49,012 nt of DNA from contig JAIPHN010000001.1 in NCBI GenBank assembly GCA_021735185.1, forward strand, positions 1 to 49,012, in the 5' to 3' direction. Both the position numbers and the translations under genes were made by a program. Within the stretch, counting starts at the first letter, position 1. Each line of letters starts with the position of its first letter. A model generated the notes under the pieces. That model saw only the letters and a program-made list of their open reading frames with translations. It searched no databases and was not told the DNA's origin. Below, piece after piece: positions 16,782-27,331 of the stretch. Source of the DNA: Candidatus Bipolaricaulota bacterium (GTDB lineage: Bacteria; Bipolaricaulota; Bipolaricaulia; M55B111).

Positions 16782-17756
16782 ATGGTTGATAAAATTGCTC
16801 TTGGAGTCGATATCGGTGCTACATGGGTCAGAGTAGCTCTTGCTGATTCAAATGCTGATATACTGGCTAAAAACAAAGAGCCAATCAATACGGAAGACGA
16901 ACTTGGAATAAGCCGTCAGATAGAAAAGCTAGGTACTCAACTTTGCGAAGAAATGGATCGAGAAATATCCGAGATTAGCGGTATTGGAATTGCCTCAGCC
17001 GGTCCGATGAACCGTGATGAGGGACACTTAGTCAGTCCATCGAATATACCGCTGGAGCTCGTTCCGCTGGCCAAACCGCTTGAGTCAAAATTCGATGCCG
17101 AGGTTGAGCTGATTAACGACGGTGTCTCCGCCGTACTGGCCGAAAGTAAATACGGCGCTGGGGAAAACTACGACAACCTCGTTTACATAACAATCAGCAC
17201 GGGAATCGGTGGAGGAGCTATAGTGGACGGCAATCTGCTGATAGGGAAAAACGGGAATGCAGCCGAAGTGGGACATTTCACTATAGACGAAGAAGAGAAA
17301 CTAAAATGTGGCTGTGGCCGGAGTGGCCACTGGGAAGCTTACTGTTCCGGGTCAAATATACCCGGCTTCGTTCAATGGAAGCTTGAAAGATGCGACCCGG
17401 CAGAGGTTGAAGGCCCCCTCGCGAAAGCAAAAGAAAAAAGGTTCACATCTTTCCAGGCAAAGGATCTATTCGACTACGCCAGAAACGGAGACCCGCTTGC
17501 ACTGAATCTCGTGGAGGAGATCGGAAGGTTAAATGCGATTGGCTTTGCAGCTGTGACCGATGCTTACGATCCAGAACTTATTACAATCGGCGGAGGAGTC
17601 GCTCTAAATAACCCTGAGTTCATCCTCGAACCGATAAAGGAGAACATCAGTAACCATACGCAGAACGAAGTTCCAAAAATTATGATAACTCCCTTAAAAG
17701 GAGAAAACGTGCTTTACGGTGCAATTGCCATGGGTTTGTCCCACTCTCTTGAATGA
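16782..17756 (+). CDS. ROK family sugar kinase (glucokinase-like)
   Basis: N-terminal ATP-binding GVDIGATW, ROK zinc motif GHFTIDEEEKLKCGCGRSGHWEAYCSG, and GGAGGA ahead of the ATG. Confidence 0.85.
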   Translation: MVDKIALGVDIGATWVRVALADSNADILAKNKEPINTEDELGISRQIEKLGTQLCEEMDREISEISGIGIASAGPMNRDEGHLVSPSNIPLELVPLAKPLESKFDAEVELINDGVSAVLAESKYGAGENYDNLVYITISTGIGGGAIVDGNLLIGKNGNAAEVGHFTIDEEEKLKCGCGRSGHWEAYCSGSNIPGFVQWKLERCDPAEVEGPLAKAKEKRFTSFQAKDLFDYARNGDPLALNLVEEIGRLNAIGFAAVTDAYDPELITIGGGVALNNPEFILEPIKENISNHTQNEVPKIMITPLKGENVLYGAIAMGLSHSLE

Positions 17757-17799
17757 GACACAATACTGCCAGGTTTTCTTCCGAATAGGAATCTCGATA

Positions 17800-18726
17800 T
17801 CAAAGGTAGAGTTCGCCGGTAGCCAGTATTTCAACCAGGTTATGTGAGAACCTGACGGAACTCAACTCCTTCGACCGATATCCAAATTCAACTACTGTCT
17901 CTTCAGGCCCACCAATCGAAGAACTGTCACCACCGGTTTCAAACTTTGGCTTTAACCGACCTTCTTCTGCCAGTAACCCTGCCTCATGCATAGCGATGGC
18001 GGCCGCTATAGTTCCGGTACCACACGACGGCTCGACCAACCCTTCCGAAATGTTGTGCGGGAAGAGTAGTTTTCCAGCTCGATCGGGTCTATCGGAAAGC
18101 TCGACCAGGGCAAAATCTCTGTTGGTCTGCTCCAGAGAGAACTCTTTTTCAAATTCTTCCTGCAGCTCGGCCAGGACTTTTTTTGCCAACTCGTTCAGAG
18201 GAGCAAAACTAACCTCGGGGAACTGATTTTTTACTTCTTTCGCAAAAGTCACAAAAAAATCTCCGACTCTGTAACTATTAACGCCGCATACCTTTCCGGC
18301 TTCGATTCCCTTCTCACGAATTGAAATCAGGTATGGGTCCATAACGGAAACTACCTCACTGGAATCCATCAGCACGGAAATCTTCCCGAGGTCGGTCCTC
18401 AGAACTATTTCCCCTTTTACCCGCGGACTCCCGAAACCAAACAGTTCAGCCAGGCCTATTTTTAACTCCGCCTGACCCAGGACTTGAGTCAGCCCTCCAC
18501 ATATGGGTATGTAGCCCCCGGAATTTTTATCGATTATTTTTACCCTCAAGTCGGAATCACCGTCCGTTCTATAGAGAAGCCCGAGCTGATCTCCCCTTAT
18601 CCATGGTTTTTTTAAGATATCTAAACCCAGACTCAATTCCGATGCACCGGGAAACTTTTCCCGAGCAACCAGAACTATCTCGTTACCACCCATATGCCCT
18701 TTGAGAAAAGGAACGCTGGTTCCCAA
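17800..18726 (-). CDS. DapF-fold (PLP-independent epimerase/racemase-like) protein; possibly a divergent diaminopimelate epimerase
   Basis: FLKGHMGGNEIVLV resembles DapF F.KmHG.GNDF. There are two Cys motifs, PICGGLTQ and EPSCGTGTIAAAIAM (DapF: aCGTGa.A). The TTG start at 18726 is needed to include the N-terminal motif. Confidence 0.5.
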   Translation of the reverse strand: MGTSVPFLKGHMGGNEIVLVAREKFPGASELSLGLDILKKPWIRGDQLGLLYRTDGDSDLRVKIIDKNSGGYIPICGGLTQVLGQAELKIGLAELFGFGSPRVKGEIVLRTDLGKISVLMDSSEVVSVMDPYLISIREKGIEAGKVCGVNSYRVGDFFVTFAKEVKNQFPEVSFAPLNELAKKVLAELQEEFEKEFSLEQTNRDFALVELSDRPDRAGKLLFPHNISEGLVEPSCGTGTIAAAIAMHEAGLLAEEGRLKPKFETGGDSSSIGGPEETVVEFGYRSKELSSVRFSHNLVEILATGELYL

Positions 18727-19117
18727 ATTGCGATCACCCTGTATCGTAATTGCTCAAATTAACAAGCGGAAGAATTACCCCTGATCGCGAATAATACATC
18801 CGTATTCGACTTTCATATAACCCGACAAAACCCTGCCAGGTTAAGGTTCGCGTACCCCAAAGATTGTCATAAATAACTCATCAGGTTATAATTATTTTAA
18901 ATTAAATTACCAGGTATTGCTACTGTACGATGTGCTTGCTCATTAGTTACTGGAGGGCAAATGGAAAAAGCCATATCGGTGTTCAACTACAGAGCCCCTC
19001 GCTCTTCCCCCGACGACCGTCCAGGAAACGCTTGAGTTTTTCGACCGTTCTGGCGATAAAGTGCTGGAAGTGGGAATAACCGCTTGATAAGCTTTAAATC
19101 AGCGAAGGAGTAAAAGA

Positions 19118-20506
19118 ATGGTATTAGAATCAATCAAAAATTTTCTGAAGGACCATTCCATCGAAGGTAACTCTCTGCTGGTGGCGGTATCCGGAGGAGT
19201 GGATTCTACGGTTTTGCTCGATTGTCTGGTCAAACTTGGAGCGGATTATTCTCTGGACCTCACAGTAGCTCACTTAGATCACGGTTTGCGAGGCGGGGAC
19301 TCCAGGGGAGATTTAGAGCACGTACGAGAAAAAGCGGGTAATTTAGGGCTAAAATGCATCACGGAGAGACGTCCCGTCAGGAAAAAGATAAAGGATCAGA
19401 ATCTTTCTCTCGAGGAAGCTGCCAGAAAAATAAGATACGATTTCTTGAGAGAGACGGCCGAAAAAACCGGCGCGGATTTCGTCGCCCTGGGTCACAATCG
19501 GAACGATCAGGCAGAAACTGTATTGATGCATCTATTGAGGGGATGTGGGCTTCGTGGCTTGAGCGGGATGAAGGAAGTAAGCGGGAACTATATCAGGCCT
19601 TTACTCCGTTCCTCCCGGTCCGAAATTCTCGATTACGCGGAGTCAAACGAACTGGAATATCGGAAGGATAAAACCAATAAAGACACTACTTACTTTAGAA
19701 ATAAGATAAGACACGACCTTTTACCCGAACTGGAGAAAAATTATAACCGACGTATAGTGGATCACCTGGTACAAACGGGAAAACTGGCACGAGAAGCTCA
19801 ATCCTACTTCGAGCAAAAGGTTGAAGAAATATCCGCCGGAATATTGATATCGGAGGAGCAAGGAAAATGTTTTAGTCGGACGGAATTACTGAAGCATCAC
19901 CGCTATATTCAGAAAAAAATTATTCGGAAATTTATCCGTGACGTAAAAGGTAACTTAAAAGATATAAATACGATACACGTAAAAGAGATAATCGACAAAA
20001 TCCGAAATGAGCCTGCAAGAACCAGATTGGACCTACCGGGAGTCGTATTCAAGCTCTCCCGGGATCGGGCTTGCTTTTTTCATGAATTTATAAATAGTCA
20101 GAGTAAAGATTATTATTACGAAACCACGCCGGACGGCTCACTTGTAATCGAAGAGGCGGATCTTGAAATAAGGTTCGAACTTAACAAAAACCCGGAAGGG
20201 ATCTCATCGGACGATTTCTCTTCTGATAATTTGACCGAGGTAGTTGATTGGAGTAAAGTTGAACAACCAATTATAGTTAGGAACAGGAACGAAGGTGATA
20301 AATTCGTACCACTTGGTATGGAAGGAACAAAAAGACTGAAGGATTTCTTCATCGATACCAAAATCCCTTATGAAGAACGAAACGGAGTTCCGCTCGTCTG
20401 TGACGATAGTGGTATTATCTGGGTGGTAGGTCATCGGATAGACGACCGTTATAAATTAGATAAATTTACAAATGAAGCACTGTTAATGAAAGCGAGGGAG
20501 ATATGA
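19118..20506 (+). CDS. tilS: tRNA(Ile)-lysidine synthetase
   Basis: PP-loop SGGVDS, HLDHGLRG, and a C-terminal TilS domain (GDKFVPLGM..KLKDFFID). Confidence 0.9.
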   Translation: MVLESIKNFLKDHSIEGNSLLVAVSGGVDSTVLLDCLVKLGADYSLDLTVAHLDHGLRGGDSRGDLEHVREKAGNLGLKCITERRPVRKKIKDQNLSLEEAARKIRYDFLRETAEKTGADFVALGHNRNDQAETVLMHLLRGCGLRGLSGMKEVSGNYIRPLLRSSRSEILDYAESNELEYRKDKTNKDTTYFRNKIRHDLLPELEKNYNRRIVDHLVQTGKLAREAQSYFEQKVEEISAGILISEEQGKCFSRTELLKHHRYIQKKIIRKFIRDVKGNLKDINTIHVKEIIDKIRNEPARTRLDLPGVVFKLSRDRACFFHEFINSQSKDYYYETTPDGSLVIEEADLEIRFELNKNPEGISSDDFSSDNLTEVVDWSKVEQPIIVRNRNEGDKFVPLGMEGTKRLKDFFIDTKIPYEERNGVPLVCDDSGIIWVVGHRIDDRYKLDKFTNEALLMKAREI

Positions 20507-21792
20507 CTACGGTACTTTTATTTCTTGCAGTACTTTCATTTTTGATAGCAATACATGAAGCCGGACATCTGGCCTCAGCCAAGCTGTCCGGGGTCTGGGT
20601 TCACGAGTACTCGATCGGTTTCGGCCCGAGTTTGTTGAGTAAAAAGATTAGAGAGACAACTTACCATTTAAAACCGATCCCTTTTGGCGGTTACGTCAAG
20701 ATGGCGGGAGAGGACGTCGGAGAGGGAGAAGAGCGCGACGAGGAAGTTCCAGAAGATCGAAAGTTCTACTCACAGTCACCAGTAACTAAAATGTTGATCT
20801 CAGTTTCTGGACCGACCATGAATGTACTGGCCGCGGTCTTAATAATGATTTTGGTCGTTGGAGCCACCGGCACTCCAAGAGTTTCGATATACGGTTTTAT
20901 GGAGAATTCTCCGGCAGAAGAAAAGTTGAGTCTGGGTGACCAGATAATTTCTATCGGGGGAGAAAATATAGTCTCTACCGGCCAGATAGATACAGCAATT
21001 AAGAACCAGGAAGGAGGACCCGTTAGCGTCACCGTTTACCGGGGTGAAGAAAGAAAAGCTGTAGATATTGAGCCACGGTTCTACGAAGAACAGGGCAAGT
21101 ACATGCTCGGGGTAAAACTGGGTACGGCAATGACTAACGTGATTACTCAGGTTACTGAAGATTCTCTTCCGACAAGGGTTGGGCTTAAACAAGGGGATAA
21201 AATAACGGCAATCAACGGCGAACCCGTAAAAGACGCGGCTTCTATAGTACATGCTCTGGAAGGGGTAAATGAAGGGGAGGAGATTACACTTCAGGTCAAG
21301 AGAAACGACAATACCCTTTCATTGTCAGCTACCCCGGAAAAGCCAGAGGAGGTTATTACGGGCTTCTCGCTGAAAACAATCCGTGATCCTGTGGGTCCGC
21401 TGACGGCAATAAAGCAGGGCCTCAATCAGATAAAAACTATAATAGTTCTCACTTATCAGGGAATAAGAATGATCATAAGGGGTCAAATCGCTGCCGGAGA
21501 AGCAGTTACCGGACCTGTCGGAATAGCCAACATTCTTGGCCAGAGCGCCAGACAGGGCTTTTACTCGCTCTTCTTTATGATTTCACTGATAAGTTTGAAC
21601 CTGGGCTTGATAAATCTGGTGCCGTTTCCGGCCCTGGATGGGAGCAGGATAGGCTACGCGACATACGAGCTGATTCGAGGTAAACCGATTCCACCGGAGA
21701 AAGAAGGTCTTATAAATTCTATTGGATTCTTCATTCTAATCGGTCTGATGTTATTTATTACTTACAGGGATATAATTAAGTTCTTCACCTGA
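20503..21792 (+). CDS. rseP: RIP site-2 metalloprotease (M50, RseP/YaeL type) with PDZ
   Basis: HEAGH zinc motif in TM1, a PDZ-like central region, and NLVPFPALDG. The ATG overlaps the tilS stop (ATGA). Confidence 0.88.
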   Translation: MTTVLLFLAVLSFLIAIHEAGHLASAKLSGVWVHEYSIGFGPSLLSKKIRETTYHLKPIPFGGYVKMAGEDVGEGEERDEEVPEDRKFYSQSPVTKMLISVSGPTMNVLAAVLIMILVVGATGTPRVSIYGFMENSPAEEKLSLGDQIISIGGENIVSTGQIDTAIKNQEGGPVSVTVYRGEERKAVDIEPRFYEEQGKYMLGVKLGTAMTNVITQVTEDSLPTRVGLKQGDKITAINGEPVKDAASIVHALEGVNEGEEITLQVKRNDNTLSLSATPEKPEEVITGFSLKTIRDPVGPLTAIKQGLNQIKTIIVLTYQGIRMIIRGQIAAGEAVTGPVGIANILGQSARQGFYSLFFMISLISLNLGLINLVPFPALDGSRIGYATYELIRGKPIPPEKEGLINSIGFFILIGLMLFITYRDIIKFFT

Positions 21793-21842
21793 AAGAAACA
21801 GTTTTCATGTTCTTTTTCGGGATATTTTGATCACTAAAAACC

Positions 21843-23969
21843 ATGAGCAATTTAGAAGAATTTATTCAAAACAAAAACTGGAAATTTGAGTTCGGTCTGA
21901 GAGAGGTAAGGTTAACCCTGCTATTAGGGTTTGCCCTGACAATGCCGCTGGTAATTTATCTCGGTAATACCGAATATGGCTACACAAAGACTATATACAC
22001 TTTTGCTTACATTTCTTTTTTGACTTTATTCTGGCTCGTTGAGTTATTTTTGGACGAAGAAAAAACAGTTTCATTAACCCAGTTATCCCTGCCAGTAGGT
22101 CTCTTGCTCATTTCGGGATTACTTTCCCTCATCAACGCTACGAGCAAAGGCGTCGTTCTCCAGAGCCTGGCTTTGCTGGTTTATTTTTACTTGATCTATC
22201 TCATAGTGGCTAACACCATTCGGACTAGAAAGGAAGTAATTTACTTCCTGGTTGCTTTAACAACCTCCGGTTTTGGAGCAACTCTATATGGAACACTCCA
22301 GTATTTAGGGGTCCTCAGAGGCCCGCATGGCTTTGCCGCAAGACCTGGCTCCATAATCAGCGTTATGGGTAACCAGAATTATCTCGGCGGGTTCGTTTCT
22401 TACCTCTTCATCCCCGTCGTCGCTCTCGTCCTAACAGTAGATTCCAAAGCGATTAAGGCTTATCTTATCGTCTGCCTCGGAATCTTCTTCTTCCTTCTCT
22501 TCCCGATTGGAGCTCGAGGGGCGTGGTTAAGTCTGGTTATCGCCTCGATTATTTTTGTGTCTCTGCTATTATACTACAAACCGATAAAAAACCTTCGGGG
22601 GATGGGGACTGCTCTTTTCGTAATTTTAATCGTCTTACTGGTCGCTTATCTATTCGCCTCCGCTCCGGGACCGTTAAATTCAGTGCTAAGCTATTCGGCT
22701 TCTGAAGCGGGTCAAAACCGGGGAGGCTTTCTGGCCAGGGTCTTTCGGCCAATAATCAGAGAACTCGTCCAGGAAGGTGGGGCAAGAGCGGAGGACTGGT
22801 ACGTCGGCCTGGAGATGTTAAAAGACCATCCACTTGTCGGGATCGGGCTTGGAAACTATAAGATAGAATTTCTAGATTACAGGGCCCAGTTTCTTAACAC
22901 CGCCCGGGGTGAAAATTTCGGAGGCTTCATACCGAGAGCAGCCCAGGCTCACAACGAATTCGTCCAGTTCGCGGCAGAAATAGGAATACTCGGGATACTT
23001 TCGATCCTGATAGGATTGGGAACGCTTATATTAAACGGATTTCGCAGGATCTCGTTCCCAGAGGATCGATTTACACGCGTCATAGGGCTTTCCCTGATAG
23101 CTGGTATTTTCGGGTTTATCGTTCACGCTACGGTCAGTTTCCCCGCCCATTTACCTGCTTCTTCCTTCGCTTTTGTTAGTTTTCTCGGCCTGCTGAATTC
23201 AGAACAATTTGGCAAGAGCAAATACAAGCTGAGGCCATCCGGAATTTACGGGTACATTGCGATAGCTCTGGTGGCAGCGTTGCTGATAAGCGTTAGCGTG
23301 TTTGCCTACCGGGATTGGCGTGCAAACGTTCTTATGGGACAGGGCAGGCAACAAATGGAATACGGTAATTATTATATAGCGAAAGAAAAACTGGAAAAAA
23401 GCCTGGCACTGGATTTTCAACCGAGACATATTTATTACTACCTTGGGGTTGCCGAACGGGAGCTGGGAAACGAAAAAAAGGCCCTGGATTACTTTAAAAA
23501 GTCGGAGGGACAATTTGAACCGTACAACCTCTATCTACAGCTCGGAACGCTCTATCTGGGACAGGATAATTTAAAAAAGGCAAAGGATTACTTCGAAAAA
23601 TTCCTTTCTCTGGGAGCAAAAACCTCTCTTGAAATGGAAGCCAAATACTTCCTCGCCACTATCGCCATAAGAGAGGAGAATGTAGACAGGGCATCAGAAA
23701 TTCTAAAAAGCATTTTGTCCAAAAGGCCGAATTTTGAAAGAGCCCTAATTCTCCAGGGAGATATAGCCAATTTTCAAGGTAATAAGAAAGCGGCCAGAGA
23801 TAAGTGGCAAAAAGCATTACAGGTTATTAACAAAGAGTTAAAAGAGGTAAAGCGGAAATTAAGTCGGGAACTACCGCTTGATAGAATTGAAGAACTTCGA
23901 TCGAGTAAGGAAAAGCTAGAAAAGAGATTCAAGCAAGTAAAAGAAAATCTAGCAGAGCTTGATGAATAA
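21843..23969 (+). CDS. O-antigen ligase-like (Wzy_C) polytopic membrane protein fused to C-terminal TPR repeats
   Basis: Many TM helices, the AHNEFVQFAAEIGILG motif typical of Wzy_C/O-antigen ligase domains, and a TPR-like C-terminus (YYYLGVAERELGNEKKALDYFKKS...). Confidence 0.75.
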   Translation: MSNLEEFIQNKNWKFEFGLREVRLTLLLGFALTMPLVIYLGNTEYGYTKTIYTFAYISFLTLFWLVELFLDEEKTVSLTQLSLPVGLLLISGLLSLINATSKGVVLQSLALLVYFYLIYLIVANTIRTRKEVIYFLVALTTSGFGATLYGTLQYLGVLRGPHGFAARPGSIISVMGNQNYLGGFVSYLFIPVVALVLTVDSKAIKAYLIVCLGIFFFLLFPIGARGAWLSLVIASIIFVSLLLYYKPIKNLRGMGTALFVILIVLLVAYLFASAPGPLNSVLSYSASEAGQNRGGFLARVFRPIIRELVQEGGARAEDWYVGLEMLKDHPLVGIGLGNYKIEFLDYRAQFLNTARGENFGGFIPRAAQAHNEFVQFAAEIGILGILSILIGLGTLILNGFRRISFPEDRFTRVIGLSLIAGIFGFIVHATVSFPAHLPASSFAFVSFLGLLNSEQFGKSKYKLRPSGIYGYIAIALVAALLISVSVFAYRDWRANVLMGQGRQQMEYGNYYIAKEKLEKSLALDFQPRHIYYYLGVAERELGNEKKALDYFKKSEGQFEPYNLYLQLGTLYLGQDNLKKAKDYFEKFLSLGAKTSLEMEAKYFLATIAIREENVDRASEILKSILSKRPNFERALILQGDIANFQGNKKAARDKWQKALQVINKELKEVKRKLSRELPLDRIEELRSSKEKLEKRFKQVKENLAELDE

Positions 23970-23984
23970 TTTCAAGGAGGGAGG

Positions 23985-24794
23985 ATGAACTTTCAAAATA
24001 CCCTAAAACGGTTTGATCCGGAAAGGGAGGCAAAACGGATAGAAGGTTTTTTAAAGGAGAAAAAAGAGCTTATCGGCTCTAGCACTGTAGTTATAGGTTT
24101 ATCCGGCGGAATAGACTCAAGCGTAACTACGGCTCTCTCCCTGCGGGCTCTTCCCGGAGAAGAAATTGAAGTTTTATTTTTACCTGAAAAGGCTACCCCG
24201 ACGAGAGATTCGAGGGATGTAAAAAAACTCGAACAAAAGTTCGACTTTCAAGCAAAAAAAATTAATATCGACGGGATTGTCTCTACTTTTGAGGGGAATC
24301 TGGGGCTGGAGATGACCGAGCTGTCCCGGGCAAACCTGAAAGCCAGAATTCGCATGACGATGCTTTACACTCTGGCAAACCAACGGGACGGCCTGGTGCT
24401 GGGAACGGGAAATCTATCCGAATGGCTACTTGGATATTTTACAAAGTACGGCGATGGCGCAGCCGATATAGCCCCTATTGTCCATCTTTACAAAACCGAA
24501 CTTAAACAAATTGCCAGGTACCTAAATATACCCGAATCCATAATAGAAAAGCCTCCTTCTGCTGGCCTGTGGAAAGGACAAACCGATGAAGAAGAACTGG
24601 GTGGAAGTTACGGTCAAATTGACAGGATCCTGTACTGCAAAAAGGGCCTTGAATTATCGGAGCAAGAGACTTCGGAGAAACTTGACTTAAAACCGGAATT
24701 AGTCCGCGATATCTACGAAATGGTTAGGAAATCCAGACACAAACGAGAGATCCCGGAAGGTTTGGGTAGAACTACAACGGAAGAAAATATATAA
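23985..24794 (+). CDS. nadE: NH3-dependent NAD+ synthetase
   Basis: PP-loop SGGIDS, TGNLSEWLLGYFTKYGDG, and AGGAGGGAGG ahead of the ATG. Confidence 0.9.
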   Translation: MNFQNTLKRFDPEREAKRIEGFLKEKKELIGSSTVVIGLSGGIDSSVTTALSLRALPGEEIEVLFLPEKATPTRDSRDVKKLEQKFDFQAKKINIDGIVSTFEGNLGLEMTELSRANLKARIRMTMLYTLANQRDGLVLGTGNLSEWLLGYFTKYGDGAADIAPIVHLYKTELKQIARYLNIPESIIEKPPSAGLWKGQTDEEELGGSYGQIDRILYCKKGLELSEQETSEKLDLKPELVRDIYEMVRKSRHKREIPEGLGRTTTEENI

Positions 24795-24858
24795 TTCTAC
24801 AGGAAATCGTGATTTACCTTTATTCACCCCCAACGAATTGATTCTTAGAGGAGGGCAA

Positions 24859-26370
24859 ATGAGTTCCCCGCGATGGGTCAAGATAACTACGTTAATGTTT
24901 GCTATTTTACTGCTCTTCCAGGCCCTACCCCTGATCCAGGCTAACGGAGTCGTCAGGGGAGGCAAGCTAAGAGTTGCGTTACCGACGGAACCACCGGGGC
25001 TTGACCCGACAACCAGGTCAGCCGCGATAATAGACAGGGTTCTTTACAATAACGTATACCAGGGTATGGTCAGAATAAATCGAGACGGTAATATCGTCCC
25101 GTGCCTGGCGAAAAAATGGGAGATTTCGGAGGATGGAAAAGTCTATACTTTCCACCTCAGAAAAAATGTAATTTTTCACAATGAAAAAAAACTAACTGCT
25201 TCCGACGTGAAGTTTACCTTCAGAAGGACAAAAAGAGAAACGATCACTGTACCTCACCCGGAATACTTCGCTCTCATCGACGAAATATCGACTCCCGATT
25301 CGCACACCGTTAGGATAAAACTTTCTCATCCCAGTTCAATATTCCTTTTCAACATGGCACGCGGTGACGCGGTGATATTACCGAAAGGTCAAAAAAACCT
25401 TTCGACAGAGCCGGTCGGGACCGGCCCATTCAAATTTAAAAACTGGAAACGAGGGTCGAGTGTAACCTTGACTCGATTCGAGTCTTACTATGCCGAAGAC
25501 TTGCCCTACCTGGACGAAGTGGTTTTCGAATTTATCGGGGACGTCAACACCCGCATCACTGCACTTAGAAGTGGTGACATCGACGCAATTGCTTATCTGA
25601 GCAGCCCGGAAAACGCCGTGGCGCTAAAATCGGTCGATTCGATAAAAATTTTAGAGGGAGTCACCACCTGGGAAGTAATTCTTGCAATGAACAATTCCAG
25701 GGAACCGTTCTCCAGCAGCACCGTAAGAAAAGCAATCAATTACGCTCTGGACAGAGAGGAGATAATTGAGGGGGCAACCTTCGGCTTTGGCACGCCCATT
25801 GGGAGCCTGATGAGTCCGACGAATCCCAACTATCTGGACCTATCATGGCTTTACAGTTATAACCCTCAGAAGGCCCGGAAACTCCTGGAAAAGGCCGGCT
25901 ATCCGGAAGGATTTGAAGCCAGTCTCACTCTGCCCTCGAGCTACGAACTATCCCTTAGATCGGGAAAGATTATTGCCGACCAGCTCAAGGAAGTGGGAAT
26001 AGATATCGACATCAAGAAGATCAGCTGGGCACAGTGGTTACAGAAAGTATTTAAAAACGCGGAGTACGATACAACGATTATCGGACATGCGGAAGCTTTT
26101 GACATATCGATCTACTCGAAGCCCGATTATTATTTCAGATACGACAACCAGAGATTGAAAAGGGTTATCTCTCGAGCCGAAAGAGAAACCGACAAAGAAA
26201 AAAGACGGGAACTGTATTCTATTGCCCAGTGGATAATAGCTGAAGACGTACCTTCCGCCTTTCTCTTTTCCGCTCCCAGCCTTCCGGCAATGAATAAAAA
26301 AGTTCATAACTGGTGGAAGGATTATCCGATCCCCGCAGCCGACGTTACGGAAGTCTGGAAAGAGAATTAA
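24859..26370 (+). CDS. ABC transporter substrate-binding protein, family 5 (peptide/nickel type)
   Basis: Signal peptide (MSSPRWVKITTLMFAILLLFQALPLIQA) and an SBP_bac_5-like body. I chose ATG 24859, preceded by AGAGGAGGG, over the ORF-track TTG at 24838. Confidence 0.88.
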   Translation: MSSPRWVKITTLMFAILLLFQALPLIQANGVVRGGKLRVALPTEPPGLDPTTRSAAIIDRVLYNNVYQGMVRINRDGNIVPCLAKKWEISEDGKVYTFHLRKNVIFHNEKKLTASDVKFTFRRTKRETITVPHPEYFALIDEISTPDSHTVRIKLSHPSSIFLFNMARGDAVILPKGQKNLSTEPVGTGPFKFKNWKRGSSVTLTRFESYYAEDLPYLDEVVFEFIGDVNTRITALRSGDIDAIAYLSSPENAVALKSVDSIKILEGVTTWEVILAMNNSREPFSSSTVRKAINYALDREEIIEGATFGFGTPIGSLMSPTNPNYLDLSWLYSYNPQKARKLLEKAGYPEGFEASLTLPSSYELSLRSGKIIADQLKEVGIDIDIKKISWAQWLQKVFKNAEYDTTIIGHAEAFDISIYSKPDYYFRYDNQRLKRVISRAERETDKEKRRELYSIAQWIIAEDVPSAFLFSAPSLPAMNKKVHNWWKDYPIPAADVTEVWKEN

Positions 26371-26384
26371 AGACAGGCCCGATA

Positions 26385-27329
26385 ATGTTTGGTTATATTT
26401 CCAGGAAATTTCTCGAGCTCATCCTGACACTACTGCTGGTCTCGCTAATTATTTTTCTCCTGCTGAGAGTTATTCCCGGTGATCCGGCGCAGCTGATTCT
26501 CGGGGTTAACGCCTCACCTGAAAGTCTGGCCGAATTACGGGGTGAACTGGGCCTGACAGAACCACTTACCGTACAATATTTATCCTGGTTAAAAAGTATC
26601 TTTTCCGGTAGCCTCGGCGATTCAATATTTTACGAGAAAAGCGTTCAAAGCCTGATTTTATCCCGGCTCCAGGTCACGCTACCACTGACGTTCCTTGCCA
26701 CGTTACTGTCCGTAACCATAGCTGTTCCTCTGGGCCTGCTGGCAGCAACTAATCATAAAAAAGCAACGGATTTTGGGGTAATAGCGTTTTCACAGCTGGG
26801 ATTATCCGTACCCGCTTTCTGGCTGGGAATTTTAGGCCTGCTGCTTTTCTCCCTAAAGCTAAACTTATTGCCGGCGGGTGGCTTTACTGAGTGGGGAACA
26901 AGTCCAGTTGCAGGATTAAAATCGCTCGTCCTCCCGGTACTGACGCTCACCGTGATTCAATCCGCCGCACTGACCCGAATGACCAGATCGTCCGCTCTCG
27001 ACGTGATGAGGGAGGACTACGTCTCAACAGCAAGGGGAAAAGGCCTGCCGGAAGTAAAGGTAATATACAAACACGTACTAACAAACGGTTTCATCTCGAT
27101 TTTAACTTTAATCGGGCTACAGGTCGGACAACTGCTGGCCGGGGCCGTAATAGTAGAAACCGTCTTCCATCTGCCTGGACTGGGGCGGTTACTGATCCTC
27201 GCCGTGGAACAACGAGACCTGCAGCTTGTACAATCCCTGGTAACTTTTCTTGTCGGCGCAATTATTTCTATTAACTTCCTCGTGGACATGACTTACGGAA
27301 TTCTTGACCCGAGAATCAGATTAAGATAA
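26385..27329 (+). CDS. ABC peptide-type transporter permease (DppB/OppB-like)
   Basis: The N-terminus MFGYISRKFLELILTLL is typical of DppB, and an EAA-loop region is present (VSTARGKGLPE). ATG 26385 lies just after the SBP stop at 26370. Confidence 0.9.
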   Translation: MFGYISRKFLELILTLLLVSLIIFLLLRVIPGDPAQLILGVNASPESLAELRGELGLTEPLTVQYLSWLKSIFSGSLGDSIFYEKSVQSLILSRLQVTLPLTFLATLLSVTIAVPLGLLAATNHKKATDFGVIAFSQLGLSVPAFWLGILGLLLFSLKLNLLPAGGFTEWGTSPVAGLKSLVLPVLTLTVIQSAALTRMTRSSALDVMREDYVSTARGKGLPEVKVIYKHVLTNGFISILTLIGLQVGQLLAGAVIVETVFHLPGLGRLLILAVEQRDLQLVQSLVTFLVGAIISINFLVDMTYGILDPRIRLR

Positions 27330-27331
27330 AT

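Noticed and set aside
18961-19035. 24-aa ORF (MEKAISVFNYRAPRSSPDDRPGNA) with a good GGAGGG ribosome-binding site upstream of tilS. A second frame continues ...TVQETLEFFDRSGDKVLEVGITA.
   Set aside because: I recognised no family, and it would need a frameshift to make a ~45-aa product. It cannot be supported from sequence alone and is left unannotated.
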